From Chloroflexota bacterium (GTDB lineage Bacteria > Chloroflexota > Chloroflexia > QHBQ01): a stretch of 37,271 nt of DNA. Location of the stretch: NCBI GenBank assembly GCA_043754535.1, contig JAYUUN010000069.1, forward strand, positions 1 through 37,271, in the 5' to 3' direction. The notes below the pieces were generated by a model. That model was not told where the DNA came from. It searched no databases and worked only from the letters and a program-made list of their open reading frames with translations. A program made the translations under genes and the position numbers. The stretch's first letter is position 1; the number at the start of each line of letters is the position of its first letter. This document shows, one piece after another, positions 1 through 8,496 of this stretch.

Positions 1-111
1 GATGGTCTGCTAGAATAAAGGCAAGGCGTGGGGCTTACCCGCCCCTCTTGCAGGCTGCCAGTTCGCTGCTGCGAGGATGGTTGACAGGGATAGGGTTAAA
101 AGGGGGGTAGT

Positions 112-906
112 GTGGCAGAGAAGATCAAGGTGCTGTTCCTGTGCCGGGCAAATACCGACCGCTCTCAGCTTGCCGAAGTGTTGCTTCACAAGATTGGTGG
201 CCCCCGCTTTGAGGTGCATAGTGCTGGCAGCGAACCCGGCAGCGAACTTGAGCTGCTCACCCGCCAGATGATCGAGATGCAGGGCTATGACCCAGCCAAG
301 TACACGCCCAAGCACTACGATCAGTTCCTAGATGACGATTTCGACTTTATCATCACCATTTCCAACGACGACGAGCAGGATGCGCCTGTGTTCCCTAAGG
401 ACAACCTGCGGATCATCTGGCACTTTGACGACCTGACCAGCCTGGAAGTGGGTGATGCTCGCTACCAGCGCGCCTTCCGCTACATCTCCAACGGCCTGGA
501 GACGCGCACCCGCCTGTTCGTCAACCTCTGGCGCGACGGCGACCGCCGGGCGATCATTGCCCTCCGCACCAAGCTGCTCGATGAGCGTCTGTCGCGGATG
601 CGCGACATGGATCGCGAGCATGAGTCGATCTTCGGCCACGAGCAGGCACGGGCTAGCATTGGCCTGTCCCACCTGCTAGACCTGAGCGAGGGTCTGCTGG
701 GCCGCTTGCAGGCAGTGCGCCGCCTATCCCTCAACCGACTCAACTTGCCTGGCTCGTTAGCCTATGTTCAGGAAGCTGTGGCCGAAGAAGGACGAGCAGC
801 CCCAGGAGGTCAGCGTCGTGCCTGGCCTGACGCTGACCCAGGCGTTGCCAATCAACGGCTTGGCCTGGTCGCCCGACAGCCACACCCTGGCGGCAGCCTG
901 CAATGA
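112..906 (+). CDS. ArsC/low-molecular-weight protein-tyrosine-phosphatase-fold protein, degenerate, with C-terminal extension
   Basis: N-terminal VLFLCRANTDRSQLAE (CX5R P-loop), SAG and WHFDD motifs; AAGGGGGG SD before the GTG start. The true 3' end is uncertain because the ORF overlaps the next gene by 143 nt. Confidence 0.8.
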   Translation: MAEKIKVLFLCRANTDRSQLAEVLLHKIGGPRFEVHSAGSEPGSELELLTRQMIEMQGYDPAKYTPKHYDQFLDDDFDFIITISNDDEQDAPVFPKDNLRIIWHFDDLTSLEVGDARYQRAFRYISNGLETRTRLFVNLWRDGDRRAIIALRTKLLDERLSRMRDMDREHESIFGHEQARASIGLSHLLDLSEGLLGRLQAVRRLSLNRLNLPGSLAYVQEAVAEEGRAAPGGQRRAWPDADPGVANQRLGLVARQPHPGGSLQ

Positions 907-1690
907 TGGCAGCCTGCTATTCTGGGTGGGCGGCCAATCCCTACCCAGCCTCAGAACCTCCACCCCCGCCAACGCCGTCACCTGGTCGCCCGACGGTCTG
1001 CGCCTCGCGGTGGCAGGGCAGGATGGGGTAGTCCGCATCATAGAGTGGGCCACAACTGCCAGCCTCGAAATGCGCGGGCATGAGGGCAAGGTCAACGCGG
1101 TGGCCTGGTCTGGCGACGGGCTGCTGATCGCCAGCGGCGGCGACGATGCCAGCGTGCGCCTCTGGCAACCCGCCAGCGGCCAGCAGTTTGCCAGCCTCGA
1201 AGAACACTGGGATCGCGTCAGTAGTGTAGCCTGGGCTGGTGACAGTCAGACGCTAGCCTCGGCCAGCGGCGACAGCAGCGTGCGGCTCTGGCGCAATAAC
1301 GGCGAGATGCTGGCCCGCTTGAGCGTCCCGGCTGGCTCTCTCGACAGCGTAGCCTGGTCTCCCTCCTCGCACCAACTGGTGGCGGCCCACGAGAGCGGCA
1401 CCCTGCGCGTCTGGGATGTCGCCCGTAAACAGGTAGTCGGCTGGCTCAACGGTTTCGCCGAGCGGGTCAAGAGCGTAGTCTGGTCGCCCAACGGGCGGCA
1501 GATTGCTGCCGCATCATCCTACCACAAGTGGGTGTTTGTCTGGGATGTTGGCCGCCAGGAGGTGGTCGCTCGCCTGACCGGGCCAACCGACGGCATCACC
1601 AGCTTGGCCTGGTCGCCCGACGGCCAGCAGCTAGCAGCGGGCGCGTGGAACGGCAGCCTGTGCCTCTGGCAGGCGGCGGCCTTCAAGTAG
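764..1690 (+). CDS. WD40-repeat beta-propeller protein (7 blades)
   Basis: Seven repeats of the type V.SVAWSPDG..LA....DG.VRLW. Confidence 0.9.
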   Translation: MFRKLWPKKDEQPQEVSVVPGLTLTQALPINGLAWSPDSHTLAAACNDGSLLFWVGGQSLPSLRTSTPANAVTWSPDGLRLAVAGQDGVVRIIEWATTASLEMRGHEGKVNAVAWSGDGLLIASGGDDASVRLWQPASGQQFASLEEHWDRVSSVAWAGDSQTLASASGDSSVRLWRNNGEMLARLSVPAGSLDSVAWSPSSHQLVAAHESGTLRVWDVARKQVVGWLNGFAERVKSVVWSPNGRQIAAASSYHKWVFVWDVGRQEVVARLTGPTDGITSLAWSPDGQQLAAGAWNGSLCLWQAAAFK

Positions 1691-2129
1691 CCATCCCAAC
1701 TAAGGGCAGCCGCAGCTTGAAGTCGCGCACCCGCCAACCAATGCTGGTGTTGACCAGCGTGGCGGTCAGCACCTCGCTGCCAGGCTGCCAGCCCTTGCCG
1801 GGTGGCTGCAACTCGGCGGTGACGGTGACGATAGCGGCTGCTGTCCAGTCGCGCTCGGTCAGCAGGTTGCTATCGCTGATCGGCTGGGCGTGAGCCAGCA
1901 CGCTGCGGCTGACATAGCCCTTCAGCCGTGCCGCCGCTGCCGCCACTTTGCTCACATCGCTGGAGCTGATCGTGCGTGACGGATAGTAAGCCTCGGCGTT
2001 CGCCACTTCGCCATGCTCAAGGAAGGTATAGAAGTTGAGGGCTGCGTTGCCCGCCGTGCGTGTGTTGCTCACCTCCTCGCCACAGCCCAGCAGTAGCAAC
2101 AGCAGCAGTGCGGCCAGCGACCTTGACAA
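1683..2129 (-). CDS. Putative lipoprotein of unknown function
   Basis: Hydrophobic run plus LLGC lipobox. Probable TTG start at 2129 with an AAGAGG SD; the ORF track extends to 2177. Confidence 0.65.
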   Translation of the reverse strand: MSRSLAALLLLLLLGCGEEVSNTRTAGNAALNFYTFLEHGEVANAEAYYPSRTISSSDVSKVAAAAARLKGYVSRSVLAHAQPISDSNLLTERDWTAAAIVTVTAELQPPGKGWQPGSEVLTATLVNTSIGWRVRDFKLRLPLVGMAT

Positions 2130-2152
2130 AAGTGATGCGCCTCTTATATAAT
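2123..2152 (+). promoter_or_regulatory. Sigma-70/sigma-A promoter of the ANTAR regulator
   Basis: TTGACA (2123-2128), 18 nt, TATAAT (2147-2152). Confidence 0.8.
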
Positions 2153-2205
2153 GTGACACTATTAGTTGTTTCTCCAAACAAATTGCGGTGGGTCAAAGGA
2201 GCAAG

Positions 2206-2811
2206 ATGCAACAACAAGAGCAAAGCCAGCCAGTGCGCGTGATCGTAGCCGACGACGAGACGCTGATCCGCATGAACCTGCGCGAGACATTGGTCGGCCT
2301 GGGCTACCTGGTCGTCGGCGAAGCCAGCAACGGTGACGAAGCGATCAAGCTAGCCCGCGAACAGAAGCCTGACATAGTGATCATGGACATCAAGATGCCT
2401 CCTGGCATGGATGGGATCACGGCGGCCCGCCTGCTTACCGTCGAGAAGATCGCCCCTGTGCTGCTGCTTACTGCCTACAACGACCGCGAACTGGTCGCCC
2501 AGGCGAAGGAGGCTGGTGTAGTCGGCTACCTGGTCAAGCCCTTCCGCGAAGCCGACCTAGTGCCGCAGATTGAGGTGACGATTGCCCGCTTCGGCGAGTT
2601 TCGCAAGCTAGAGCAGCAACTTGGCAACCTGCAAGACGCGCTAGATGCCCGCAAGGTGATCGAGAGGGCAAAGGGTCTGCTGATGGAACGCTACAACCTG
2701 AGTGAACAGGATGCTTTCCGCCGCATCCAGAAGCGCAGTATGGACACCCGCAAGTCTATGCGCGAGATCGCTGATGCCGTGCTGCTGACCGACGAGATGG
2801 AGCGGCAGTAG
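2206..2811 (+). CDS. REC-ANTAR response regulator (PdtaR/AmiR/NasT-like RNA antiterminator)
   Basis: Receiver domain (ADD, MDIKMP, LTAY, KPF) plus ANTAR motif RKVIERAKGLLM...AFRRIQKRSM; AAAGGAG SD before ATG 2206. Confidence 0.93.
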   Translation: MQQQEQSQPVRVIVADDETLIRMNLRETLVGLGYLVVGEASNGDEAIKLAREQKPDIVIMDIKMPPGMDGITAARLLTVEKIAPVLLLTAYNDRELVAQAKEAGVVGYLVKPFREADLVPQIEVTIARFGEFRKLEQQLGNLQDALDARKVIERAKGLLMERYNLSEQDAFRRIQKRSMDTRKSMREIADAVLLTDEMERQ

Positions 2812-2891
2812 CGGGCGGTGCAGACATGGGGATTTAGAACGTTCGCCACCCCCTGCTCACCTGGTTTTCCGCAGCCATATTTCGTTTGCCA

Positions 2892-3431
2892 CTAAGCGTA
2901 ATCGCCCTGCACCTTGTTACTCCTCTGAGTCATATCGCTCCAGTCTTGCTCATAATCGTCGGCTAGCAGTTCCGGCCATGCCCCTGCCTCGGCTGTCTGC
3001 TTAAGTACCTGGTTGCGTTCACGTAGGAAGGCTGTCATGTAGCGTTCCAAGAACAGCCAGTCGGCGGCACGGCCCAGCAGGTGCAAGGGCGACTGGTAGG
3101 CGAAGCGGTCGGCCATGATCGTCACGCCCAGTGAGGCGGTAAAGTAGTGATCGTGGTTGAAGCTGTGGAAAGCACCCCTGAGCAGCGTGTCCCTGAAGTG
3201 CCAGGGTGGTTCAAAGATCGTGATGCGCGTGGTCAGTTGCTGCCAGACCCCAAAGTGCCGCGCCCGAAAAGTGACTTCTTCGCCCAGGCCGATCAGCCCT
3301 GTTGTGACCCCTGCCACCGCCTGTTCACCGTTCCGCCCCTGCTGTTGGGTGTGGAAGTCAATGCTGCGGGCAAGGTCGAAGACCAGCTTGAGCGGCGCAA
3401 CAATCTCGGTCAGCAGTTTGATCACTGGCAT
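2892..3431 (-). CDS. SRPBCC (START-like) family protein
   Basis: VFDLARSIDFH, GEEVTFRARHFGVWQ and HDHYF motifs; starts 2 nt after the upstream stop. Confidence 0.85.
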   Translation of the reverse strand: MPVIKLLTEIVAPLKLVFDLARSIDFHTQQQGRNGEQAVAGVTTGLIGLGEEVTFRARHFGVWQQLTTRITIFEPPWHFRDTLLRGAFHSFNHDHYFTASLGVTIMADRFAYQSPLHLLGRAADWLFLERYMTAFLRERNQVLKQTAEAGAWPELLADDYEQDWSDMTQRSNKVQGDYA

Positions 3432-3433
3432 GG

Positions 3434-4753
3434 CTACTTGTCCGCTGGCACAAACTGGCCGCCTTGCACCTTGAACAGGTGGAGGTGAGCAGAGGGGTCG
3501 GCGAGATCGCCCTGTGCATTGAAGGAGATTGGGCCAACAATGCTGTCGCCCAGCTGTACCGCCTTCGCCGCTGCCTTCACCTGGGCTGGGTCGTCGCTAT
3601 TAGCCTGCTTGATCGCAGCGAAGATCACCTGGGCCGCTGCGTAGCCACCCGCACTGTTGCCGCCAGGGTCACGCTGAAAGAGGGCGCGGTAGTTGTTGAC
3701 CCAGGGCCGCAGGCTGTCCACCTTCGTCGTGTCGGTGAAGAAGGAGGAAACGATAGCCCCTTCACTGGCCTTGCCAGTGGACTTGATGTAGTCGCGCTGG
3801 AACACTGTATCGCCTGCCACAAACTCCACATCGGGCATCAGGGTGTCAGGGGCGGCCTGGTCGTGCATCTGCTGGGTGAGGATGATTGCTTCGGGGATGC
3901 TGCCCGCGTAGAGCAGCACTTCGGGGTTGGTCGCCTTTACCTGCTTGAGCGCGTCGGTAAAGTCCAGCCCACCCCGCTGAACCTCGATGGCGATCAGCGG
4001 CTTAACCCCCAATGCGCTCAACTTCTGCTCGTAGTACTGGCGCAAGCCCTGACCGTAGGCGGTGTTGCCGTTAACGATGGCTATCTTCTTCTTGCCCAGC
4101 TTGTTGACTACGTAATCGGCGATCACTGGCCCCTGGTATGCGTCGTTGGGGCAGGTACGCAGGAAGTTGTCCAGCCCTTGCGCGGTCAGGTCGGGGCGGC
4201 TGCTGGTGGGGGAGATTTGTAGCAGCCCAGCGGCCTTGTAGATCGGGGCCGCTGCCGCCGACACTCCGCTATCCTTGTGGCCGATTACCGCCACTACCTT
4301 CTCGTGGACAAGCTCGGTGGCCGCCAACTTGCCCGCATCCGCGTTGGCCTTGTCATCCTTCTGCACCACCACGATCTTCTTACCTAGCAGCCCCCCATTG
4401 TCGTTGACCTCTTGGGCCGCCAGTAGCACTCCCTGGGCGATCTGGATGCCACCGTCAGCGGTGTCGCCAGAGAGCGGCGCAGCCACGCCAATCTTGATCT
4501 CGCCATTATTAAAGTTCTGCTGCGCCTTTGGGGTGCCGATGGTGGGCGCAGTCGGCACAGGGGTGCTGCTGCCGCTGTCGCAAGCGAGCAGCAAGAAGGC
4601 AAGCCCGACAAGTACAGCAAGCGCAATCATGATTGGCCTGGACAGAGGCGTAGCTTTAGCGCGATCCGGTTGTCCACCAGGCTGCCCATCCTGCTTCTTG
4701 GGTAGCTCGCTCTTTGCCATGTCCTTCGCCCAATCCTTTAGTTGCTCGTCCAT
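3434..4753 (-). CDS. LivJ-like (branched-chain amino acid type) solute-binding protein, membrane-anchored, orphan
   Basis: IKIGVAAPLSG, DDKA, AYGQGL motifs; LLLAC lipobox after a ~40 aa N-terminal extension. Confidence 0.9.
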   Translation of the reverse strand: MDEQLKDWAKDMAKSELPKKQDGQPGGQPDRAKATPLSRPIMIALAVLVGLAFLLLACDSGSSTPVPTAPTIGTPKAQQNFNNGEIKIGVAAPLSGDTADGGIQIAQGVLLAAQEVNDNGGLLGKKIVVVQKDDKANADAGKLAATELVHEKVVAVIGHKDSGVSAAAAPIYKAAGLLQISPTSSRPDLTAQGLDNFLRTCPNDAYQGPVIADYVVNKLGKKKIAIVNGNTAYGQGLRQYYEQKLSALGVKPLIAIEVQRGGLDFTDALKQVKATNPEVLLYAGSIPEAIILTQQMHDQAAPDTLMPDVEFVAGDTVFQRDYIKSTGKASEGAIVSSFFTDTTKVDSLRPWVNNYRALFQRDPGGNSAGGYAAAQVIFAAIKQANSDDPAQVKAAAKAVQLGDSIVGPISFNAQGDLADPSAHLHLFKVQGGQFVPADK

Positions 4754-4838
4754 TCGTCACCTCTGGCACTACATATCCTGGCTGATGATAGATCGTAGAG
4801 GGGGAAGCAGCGTCGGTTGGCAGCGCAGACCGCTGCGG

Positions 4839-5648
4839 CTAGCTGATCTTGCCGCTCAGTACCGAGTCGTAGGCGTTGGCGATATTGCGGAGGGTATCCA
4901 CCTGCTGCTTGATGTCGTAGGACACCTGATCGGTCGCGCTGCTCAGGCTGCGCACTTCAGCGGACTTGATCTTCAGCACGTTGGAGTGGATCGCGTCGAG
5001 GGCAGTCAGGGCGTTGGTCAGCTGGGCCTGCCAGCGCATCAGTGCCTGCTGCATCTCTTGGGTGTTGGTTAGCTGGTTCTCTTTGGCCTTCAACGCCTCC
5101 TCGTACTGCTGCCGCTGAAACTCGTCGTTGCTCTGGGCGACGCGGGCGCGGATCATTGCCGCCTCATTGCCCAAAGCTGCCGGGTTGATGTTCCGTAGGT
5201 AGCCCTCTAGCGATTGCGCCTTGTAGCAGATGGTGTACACGTGGTCGGTCAGTTCGTCCACCCCGTCGATTGCGCTGGTCAGGCTGCTGCGGATTGGCGT
5301 GCTGCCGGTGTTCGCCACCTCCTGCTCGATCTCCTTGCGCTTTGCCAAAGCCTGCTGCATGATGCCGCGATAATCGTCGCGCAACCTGCCAAGGTCGTTG
5401 CTCTGCTCTGGGTAGAAGCTCTGGTTGACCACCTGGCGGTTCGCCTCCGCGTCGTTGAGCGAGGCCCAGACGAAGTAGCCGTAGAAGGCGAGACCAATCA
5501 GGAAGAACCACCAGAAGGAGGTAAAGACCGAGATGATGATCGAGATAGCAAGGATGAAGCCGCCAATGGGCCTTGTCAGGGCGTAGAGGAGCATCACCCG
5601 GAGCTTACGGTCGCGCCCTTCCTTCTGCTGCTGCTCAAAATCCTTCAT
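4839..5648 (-). CDS. Two-TM membrane protein with long C-terminal coiled coil (XpaC-like architecture)
   Basis: Two N-terminal hydrophobic helices followed by a Q/E/L-rich helical domain; ATGA overlap with the upstream gene. Confidence 0.75.
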   Translation of the reverse strand: MKDFEQQQKEGRDRKLRVMLLYALTRPIGGFILAISIIISVFTSFWWFFLIGLAFYGYFVWASLNDAEANRQVVNQSFYPEQSNDLGRLRDDYRGIMQQALAKRKEIEQEVANTGSTPIRSSLTSAIDGVDELTDHVYTICYKAQSLEGYLRNINPAALGNEAAMIRARVAQSNDEFQRQQYEEALKAKENQLTNTQEMQQALMRWQAQLTNALTALDAIHSNVLKIKSAEVRSLSSATDQVSYDIKQQVDTLRNIANAYDSVLSGKIS

Positions 5649-6844
5649 CGCTTGTTCCCCGCTGAGTCCACTATGCTACCGAGCGCGTCGTCGAGTGCCT
5701 GGGTCACCTCGCCGCTGGGGGCTGCCGCCACGCTGCTGCGGGCAATGCGCGCCTGCAAGCCCTGGGCAGCGTACTTGTTGAAGGGGTTGTCTGCGTCGTT
5801 AGAAACTACCGACACGTCGGGGTTGGCTGGGCGGAAGCCGTACTTGAGGCCCGTCCGCTGCTGCGCTTCAGAGTAGAGGAACTCCTGGAAGTTGAGGGCT
5901 GCATCCTTCTGTTCTGCGCTGCTGCCTGTTTGCAGGATGCCGTAGGGATGGTCGCTCCAAATGTTGATTGGCGGGTAGAACACGCGCAGTTCGGCGGCGT
6001 TCTTCATCTGGGTAGCGGCCAGGTTCTCTGGCACAGCGATCAAGTCGTACTGGGCAGCTCCAATACTGACCATGTTCCGCATCATCACGGCGGGGTCAGT
6101 ATCGAAGGTAATCACCCCCCGCTCCAGGCTGTTCAGCCACGTGCCGTAGTTGCTGTCCTTCAGTTGGGCAGCGGTGAGGCCCGCGAGGTTAAGCTGACCC
6201 TTGCTGGCGAAGTAGCCGTAGCTAGCAAGGGTGACGGCCATCAGGCCCGCGTTGGTGGTGCGTGGGTTGGCCTGACCGAGCTTGAAGGTCTGCCAATTGG
6301 CATCACCGCCAATAGCCGCCCAGCCCCCTGGCTCGGTGATCGCCTGCTGCACCGTCACCCAGTCGGCCTGCTTGTACTTCTTGATGAACGGGTCGGCCCG
6401 CTCCTGGTACATGACGAAGACCATCGGGCTGAGGACGAGGGGGGCGGCCTGGTACTCGCCGCTACGCAGCACAAGGTCGCTGTTGTTGCCGAGGCTGCGC
6501 CAGCGGTTGTTCAGCTTGTTCACCCACAGGGTGCTAGAAGGTATCCAGACGGTAGGGGTAATCACCCGCTCGGCGATCTGCCTGACCGCCTCCTCGTCCT
6601 CGATGCGGCTAGCCTTGACGATCACCTGCCGTTCGCCAACCTTGACCTGCTGCTGGTTGTAAGTAGCAATAGCAGCAGTTAGCCAGTCCTGCGTCTCGCT
6701 GGAGTAGGAGACGCTGATCTCCAGCGGGCTGGCAGGCGTGGCAAGTGCGCCGCCCGGCTTGCCAATGCCGAGCAACTGCCAGCCAACAACGCCGAGGGCA
6801 GCGAGGATAAAGAGGGCAAAGACAATCACGTTACGAGGTTTCAT
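5645..6844 (-). CDS. Extracellular solute-binding protein of the type usually fused to or adjacent to VWA domains
   Basis: N-terminal TM anchor; PTVWIPSSTLW, LVLSPMV, NPRTTNAG, SDHPY and GFRP motifs. Confidence 0.8.
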   Translation of the reverse strand: MKPRNVIVFALFILAALGVVGWQLLGIGKPGGALATPASPLEISVSYSSETQDWLTAAIATYNQQQVKVGERQVIVKASRIEDEEAVRQIAERVITPTVWIPSSTLWVNKLNNRWRSLGNNSDLVLRSGEYQAAPLVLSPMVFVMYQERADPFIKKYKQADWVTVQQAITEPGGWAAIGGDANWQTFKLGQANPRTTNAGLMAVTLASYGYFASKGQLNLAGLTAAQLKDSNYGTWLNSLERGVITFDTDPAVMMRNMVSIGAAQYDLIAVPENLAATQMKNAAELRVFYPPINIWSDHPYGILQTGSSAEQKDAALNFQEFLYSEAQQRTGLKYGFRPANPDVSVVSNDADNPFNKYAAQGLQARIARSSVAAAPSGEVTQALDDALGSIVDSAGNKR

Positions 6845-6947
6845 GCTTTCCCCTTCGGGGGAGTGACGAGTGCTGAGGGCAGGGTCGGCTGTCAGCCGCC
6901 AACCACCTGCCCCCTATTCTCCTCACTCGCTACTGCTCACCGCGCCG

Positions 6948-7613
6948 CTACTTGCCCAGCTTGGCCTTGAGGGCGGCGAGGTCATTCTGCACTTCGCCCT
7001 GGGTTTCAAGGTCGCGGAACTGCGCGTCGAGGTCATTGCCGCTCTGCAACTGGCCTTCGGCCTGCGCACGATAGAGGTCCTCATCGGCCTTCTGATCCAT
7101 GCGGTCGAAGCTGCTGGTGGCGTTGGGGTTGGTCATGCTGGCATTGGCCTGGTTGATCGCCTGCTGGCTGCGAGCGCGGGCGATCTTGGCGCGGATGACC
7201 TCCTGCTTGGTCTGCGCCTCACTGATCTTCGCCTCCAGGTTGGCAAGTGCCTGGCGCAGTTCGCTAACCTGGCCGTGCTGGGCATCGTACTGTATGCGAT
7301 ACTGCTGGGCGATCTTGCTCTCATTCGCCTTGCGGGTCAGGGCTTCGGTGGCGAGTTCGTCGTTGTTAGCTCGCACCGCCATCTCGGCCTTGCCTTGCCA
7401 GTTGTCGGCGGCATTGACATGGGTCTGCTGCTTGCCCAGCAAGTCCTGCTCGACGGCCATCGCCTGCGCGGTTGCAGCACGGGCTTCGCTCAACTGCTCG
7501 TTGAGTTGGCGCAGGTACTCGGCGACCATCTTCTCCGGGTCTTCGGCATTGTCGATCATCGCGTTGATATTGGCACCGATCAGGGTGCTGATCCGGCTGA
7601 GGATTCCGGGCAT
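6948..7613 (-). CDS. pspA: PspA/IM30 (ESCRT-III-like) family protein
   Basis: GILSRISTLIGANINAMIDNAEDPEKM N-terminus, long coiled coil, LAALKAKLG end; AGGAG SD. Confidence 0.95.
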   Translation of the reverse strand: MPGILSRISTLIGANINAMIDNAEDPEKMVAEYLRQLNEQLSEARAATAQAMAVEQDLLGKQQTHVNAADNWQGKAEMAVRANNDELATEALTRKANESKIAQQYRIQYDAQHGQVSELRQALANLEAKISEAQTKQEVIRAKIARARSQQAINQANASMTNPNATSSFDRMDQKADEDLYRAQAEGQLQSGNDLDAQFRDLETQGEVQNDLAALKAKLGK

Positions 7614-7654
7614 CTTTTATTCTCCTTCTGGCGTTGTTTCTGCTTCTGGTGGGC

Positions 7655-7683
7655 TTGACAAGCGAGGGCTGGGCCGCTATGCT
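7655..7683 (+). promoter_or_regulatory. Sigma-A promoter toward the lipoprotein gene at 7811
   Basis: TTGACA, 17 nt, TATGCT. Confidence 0.55.
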
Positions 7684-7716
7684 AAAGCAGCAACGATGTG
7701 GCCTGGCCTTGCGGCT

Positions 7717-7745
7717 ATGATAGCATAAATGCCCGCCGCTGACAA
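7717..7745 (-). promoter_or_regulatory. Promoter of the pspA cluster
   Basis: TTGTCA, 17 nt (including the extended -10 TG), TATCAT. Confidence 0.6.
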
Positions 7746-7810
7746 TGCGCCAGCCCGATCTTCCACCCTATATTACGATCCATCCAGCCTAAACGTTACA
7801 GGACAAGTGC

Positions 7811-8431
7811 ATGATTCGTCGCCCCCTGCCCGCCGCCCTACTCTGCTGCCTGCTCCTGCTCGCCTGCGACGGCGGTAGCCCGCCCAACCGCCTGGAAGTC
7901 TCCCTCGGCCTGCTCTCCACCGCGATCCCAGCCAGCCCCACCCCGCAGCTGACCGCCAGCCCCACCCCGCCGCCCACGATCACCCCCGTCCCGGCTGGCT
8001 ACCTGGAAGCGAGCGCACTGGCGGCCTACATGAACGAGGCGAACAGCCTGGTTAGCGAAGCACGGGCGGCAGAGGTAGATTACCTGAACAATTCTGGCAA
8101 CGTTGCTGAGTTCGCGGATGTGTTCGCCCGCCGCAACGATTTCATCAAGGTCTCGGATGCCTTTGTGGTCAAGCTGGACGATGTGCTGGCCCGCTATGCC
8201 AAGCTGCTGCCACCAGAACGCGCCCGCCACTATCACGACCTTACCTTCGCCCGCTTGAGCGAGGTGCGCTCCTCTACCAGCGACCTGCGGCAGGGTATCG
8301 CCAATGACAGCATTGACCTTTGGAACAGCGGGGTTAGCCGTCAGGAGAAAATTAACACGCTGCTCAAGCAGCAGAACGCCGAATACCTGTTGGTAGTTGG
8401 CTATATCAACGCCAACATTGGTGGCCGCTAG
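7811..8431 (+). CDS. Lipoprotein with Pro/Thr linker and helical domain, unknown function
   Basis: LLLAC lipobox, PTP-rich linker, amphipathic helices. Confidence 0.75.
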   Translation: MIRRPLPAALLCCLLLLACDGGSPPNRLEVSLGLLSTAIPASPTPQLTASPTPPPTITPVPAGYLEASALAAYMNEANSLVSEARAAEVDYLNNSGNVAEFADVFARRNDFIKVSDAFVVKLDDVLARYAKLLPPERARHYHDLTFARLSEVRSSTSDLRQGIANDSIDLWNSGVSRQEKINTLLKQQNAEYLLVVGYINANIGGR

Positions 8432-8452
8432 CCGCCTGCGCTGGCAACAAAG

Positions 8453-8478
8453 AGGGCGCACCCACGTGGGTGCGCCCT
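8453..8478. terminator. Palindromic bidirectional terminator between convergent genes
   Basis: Perfect palindrome AGGGCGCACCCACGTGGGTGCGCCCT, with A-rich flank on the left and T-rich flank on the right. Confidence 0.7.
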
Positions 8479-8496
8479 TCTTCCCTACCCGCCTGC

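Noticed and set aside
8..111. Structured leader upstream of the ArsC-like gene
   Set aside because: Only short GC-rich hairpins at the window edge, not distinguishable from chance
755..800. Programmed frameshift fusing ArsC-like and WD40 ORFs
   Set aside because: No slippery sequence, and an in-frame TAG at 758-760 precedes the WD40 ATG; stop-loss explains the overlap better
2160..2200. ANTAR target twin-hairpin upstream of the ANTAR gene
   Set aside because: Only one weak hairpin (TTGTTT-CTCC-AAACAA), without the A1/G4 hexaloop
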